A stretch of 37,688 nucleotides of DNA from Armatimonadia bacterium (lineage in GTDB: Bacteria > Armatimonadota > Zipacnadia > Zipacnadales > UBA11051). Positions 35,242-37,688 of the stretch are shown here, piece after piece. The position numbers and the translations under genes were made by a program. The stretch's first letter is position 1. Every line of letters starts with the position of its first letter. The stretch covers positions 1 through 37,688 of the forward strand of contig JBDKRC010000022.1 of the NCBI GenBank assembly GCA_039683575.1, in the 5' to 3' direction. A model generated the notes under the pieces. The model saw nothing but the letters and a program-made list of their open reading frames with translations, was not told where the DNA came from and ran no database searches.

Positions 35242-37311
35242 CTATCGGAGTTCGAGTTCGACGACCTGGTAGGTGCGCAGCGGCGGCAGGGACAGCGCGC
35301 CGGATTTCGGCTGCGCCAGCGCCATCGGTTCGGCCCGATCCGGGTCATAGACCCGCGCTGCCGCGATCTGCTTGCCCGCCGGGAGTGTCAGGCGCACCTG
35401 CAGGCCCGTCTTCACCGTCGGGGGCGGCGCGCCATCGCCCAGCGTGACGTCATAGTTCACCACATGCAGGTATAGCCGCGACGCATCGGGACGCATAGTG
35501 GCATTCACACAGACGCGCTCCGCGCCCTCTTGCGGCATGAGCACCAGGGACTGAAGCTGCAACTCGTCCAGTATCTTCGGCAGGTCGCTTGTGTACGGTA
35601 AGTCAGCCCGCCGCACGCACTTGCCGGGCACCGAGGCTGGCAGCGGCGACTTGTCATATGGCTGCATATGCTCATCAGCCACGGGCTCCGGCGCAATGAT
35701 CAGCACCTTGCCGCCCCGGTTGAGGTAATCGTTCAACGCCCCCACCTGCGCGCGACTCATGTACTTCACATCCGGTACAATCACCAGCGCGTACTTCCGC
35801 AGCTTCTCAGCCGTGAACTGCTCCTCCAACACGTAGTCAAACAGCACCCGGTTCGCCGTCAGCACGTTCGTCAGCGTGCGAATGTGCCGCATGTGCTGCG
35901 GGTAGCCGTACAGGTTGTGCTCGGGGAAGAACGCCACACCCACATTGGCATACGACACGTTGCCGCTATACAGGGAAGCGCGGGTCTCGTGGAACCTGCG
36001 CCATTTCTGCAGGGGCTCGGCGAAAACGCCGTACGTGGGGCGCAGCATGAACCCGCCGCCGTTGCTGAACGCCGCCATCTCCGCCATGCCCAGTTCAGCG
36101 GACGCCGGGTTCATCCGCCACTCTCGCCGCTCGGCTGGATAGCCGCCTCGGGAAAGAATGACCGGCTTGACTACCCCGCCGACGCACTGGGTCAGCTTGT
36201 CTTCATAGATGCTGTCGTTTTGGTTGATGATCTTGATGTTGGCGACGATTGGCTTGGTCGCCAGGCCCGGGTTGGTGCCGAAGTCGCCGCTTGAGTTCTC
36301 ATACATGACATAGTCGATAGGCGCAAAAGCTGCCTTCACGTGCTCTGGGCGCCCGTGGCCGCCATTGGGGAAGATGTAGAAGGGTTTGCGAACCTTCTCG
36401 CCCGCCGCCTTCAGCGCCAGCATGTGCTGCCGCACTGTGTCGCCCCAGAACCGGTAGCTCTCCACTGCGCGGAACCGCTCCTGCGGCGTCATCTCTTTGC
36501 CACTGGTCGGCATGATGAGCTGGAGTTGCTTGACGTCGCTCGTGCCGAAGTACTGCTGCCGCTCCTGTGGCGTGTAGCGGCCACTCAACCACGCCGCGAA
36601 CTTGTCCTCGCAGTAGTGGCAAAAGCAGCGCTGCGAGCCCCCGTTGTCCACAAACACGCCGTCATATCCCGCCTCGGCGGCAAGCCGCACGACCTGCTCG
36701 GACCAGTAGCGCCACCCCGGGTTGTTCATACACACCGCATACCGCAGGTTCGGCTCATACGGCGGGTACTTGCCGTCGGTGAGTGGGTAGAAGAAGAGCG
36801 GGCTGCCGTCAGGCTTGACCTGAAACCACGTCTCGGGGTCTTCGGCCGGGCGCTTGCCCAGCTTGAAGTCGGCCGCGTAGTCATCCCAGTGGTCGTAGAA
36901 GTCCCAGAACCCCGTGCGCTTGACCGGATCCCCACCAATGGTCATGGCGCAGATATAGGGCATGACCATGGGGATGCCGCCGTCGTGCAGGGCCTTGGTC
37001 ATGGCCTGCAGGTCCTTCATGCGCTGGCGCGTCTCCGCCACAGTCAGGCGCGTCACGTTGTCGCCCTTACCATAGGCCTGATTCTCGCCACCGAGGGCCT
37101 TGATGGGCCCCCAGTTGTGGGTCATGACCACATCCTTGCCCAGGTGCAGAAGCTGAGGCCCGGCGGCGATGGTCTCCTGCAGCCACTTCTCATTCCCGAG
37201 ATGGCTCCCACCATAGTCGAGAATGTAGGTCACCGGCGGGACAGTGGGGACGCTTTGCGCCATCGCCGCCACCCCAAGCAGGATGGTGATGAGAGAGAGG
37301 TATCGTTTCAA
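35242..37311 (-). CDS. Secreted putative glycoside hydrolase-like protein (TIM barrel plus GH42-type trimerisation-like domain)
   Basis: AAGGAG and a TTG start; signal peptide; CMNNPGW..GYDGVFVDN..CFCHYC and LRKYALVIVPD..YLNRGGKVL. Confidence 0.65.
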   Translation of the reverse strand: MKRYLSLITILLGVAAMAQSVPTVPPVTYILDYGGSHLGNEKWLQETIAAGPQLLHLGKDVVMTHNWGPIKALGGENQAYGKGDNVTRLTVAETRQRMKDLQAMTKALHDGGIPMVMPYICAMTIGGDPVKRTGFWDFYDHWDDYAADFKLGKRPAEDPETWFQVKPDGSPLFFYPLTDGKYPPYEPNLRYAVCMNNPGWRYWSEQVVRLAAEAGYDGVFVDNGGSQRCFCHYCEDKFAAWLSGRYTPQERQQYFGTSDVKQLQLIMPTSGKEMTPQERFRAVESYRFWGDTVRQHMLALKAAGEKVRKPFYIFPNGGHGRPEHVKAAFAPIDYVMYENSSGDFGTNPGLATKPIVANIKIINQNDSIYEDKLTQCVGGVVKPVILSRGGYPAERREWRMNPASAELGMAEMAAFSNGGGFMLRPTYGVFAEPLQKWRRFHETRASLYSGNVSYANVGVAFFPEHNLYGYPQHMRHIRTLTNVLTANRVLFDYVLEEQFTAEKLRKYALVIVPDVKYMSRAQVGALNDYLNRGGKVLIIAPEPVADEHMQPYDKSPLPASVPGKCVRRADLPYTSDLPKILDELQLQSLVLMPQEGAERVCVNATMRPDASRLYLHVVNYDVTLGDGAPPPTVKTGLQVRLTLPAGKQIAAARVYDPDRAEPMALAQPKSGALSLPPLRTYQVVELELR

Positions 37312-37342
37312 GCCAACGCTCCTTCGGGTGCTCGGTCTCCAA

Positions 37343-37452
37343 CTGTAGGGCCGGGGCTCGTACCCGGCCGTCTGGCGGTCGTAGATAACGACGCGGCGGG
37401 GTACGAGCCCCCTGCGACGCAGACGTCGCTACGCCCTACAGCCCAATGGCGT
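37343..37452. repeat. Family A doublet, intergenic copy with an interrupted right arm
   Basis: ctgtagggccggggctcgtacccggccg ... cggcggggtacgagccccc[20-nt insert]gccctacag cccaatggcgta. Confidence 0.85.
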
Positions 37453-37455
37453 ACG

Positions 37456-37688
37456 CTATTCCTGGTCCTCAAATAACCGCTCGAACTTAATAGTCCATGC
37501 CGCCTCGTCTATCCCGTCCAGCGCGCTCTGCATGGCCTCATTGGCCTTCAGCCACGCCCCCGTGTCCAGCGGCGTCTTGCTGCTCAACCCGTTTCCGGCT
37601 GTGGGGCCGGGGCTCGTACCCGGCAGTTCGGTTCGTAGATAACGACGCGGCGGGGTACTAGCCCCCGCCCTACAGCCCAATGGCGTAG
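37456..37688 (-). CDS. Possible 3' end of a gene entering from the right edge
   Basis: Frame open from the window edge to TAG at 37456; 37456-37598 looks coding (AWLKANEAMQSALDGIDEAAWTIKFERLFEDQE). Confidence 0.4.
   Translation of the reverse strand, partial: TPLGCRAGASTPPRRYLRTELPGTSPGPTAGNGLSSKTPLDTGAWLKANEAMQSALDGIDEAAWTIKFERLFEDQE
37599..37687. repeat. Family A doublet, copy at the right edge
   Basis: ctgtggggccggggctcgtacccggc ... cggcggggtactagcccccgccctacag cccaatggcgta; direct repeat of 37343-37452. Confidence 0.85.

Overview
GC-rich bacterial window, roughly two-thirds G+C by eye. The gene content suggests Armatimonadota or a PVC-like lineage, but that is inference. About 27.5 kb (105-27634) is one apparently coherent, divergently transcribed cluster. 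The left arm (minus strand) encodes a ferredoxin, a B12-domain-type radical SAM enzyme resembling archaeal GDGT-modifying Grs/Gms proteins, a DxDD squalene-hopene-cyclase-like protein, a PQQ/BamB-type propeller, a DUF116-polyprenyl synthase fusion and a stand-alone prenyltransferase/QW-barrel protein. The right arm (plus strand) starts at a clear TTGACA-N17-TAGTAT promoter. It encodes four more PQQ-type propellers (one with a collagen stalk), an NHL protein, two Tat-signal Cys/Fe-S proteins, a NapH-like membrane Fe-S protein, an FAD oxidoreductase, an orphan NuoE/F fusion with a NuoG/GltD-like partner, and a LolD/FtsX ABC transporter. I know of no characterised pathway matching this set; a candidate isoprenoid lipid synthesis, modification and export system is the best guess. 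Downstream are a GH63-like glycosidase and three secreted, probably carbohydrate-active proteins. Five distinct families of REP-like palindromic doublets occur in the window. One family sits in frame inside both the cyclase and the Fe-S oxidoreductase and adds related peptides to each. No RNA gene, CRISPR array or transposase was recognised.
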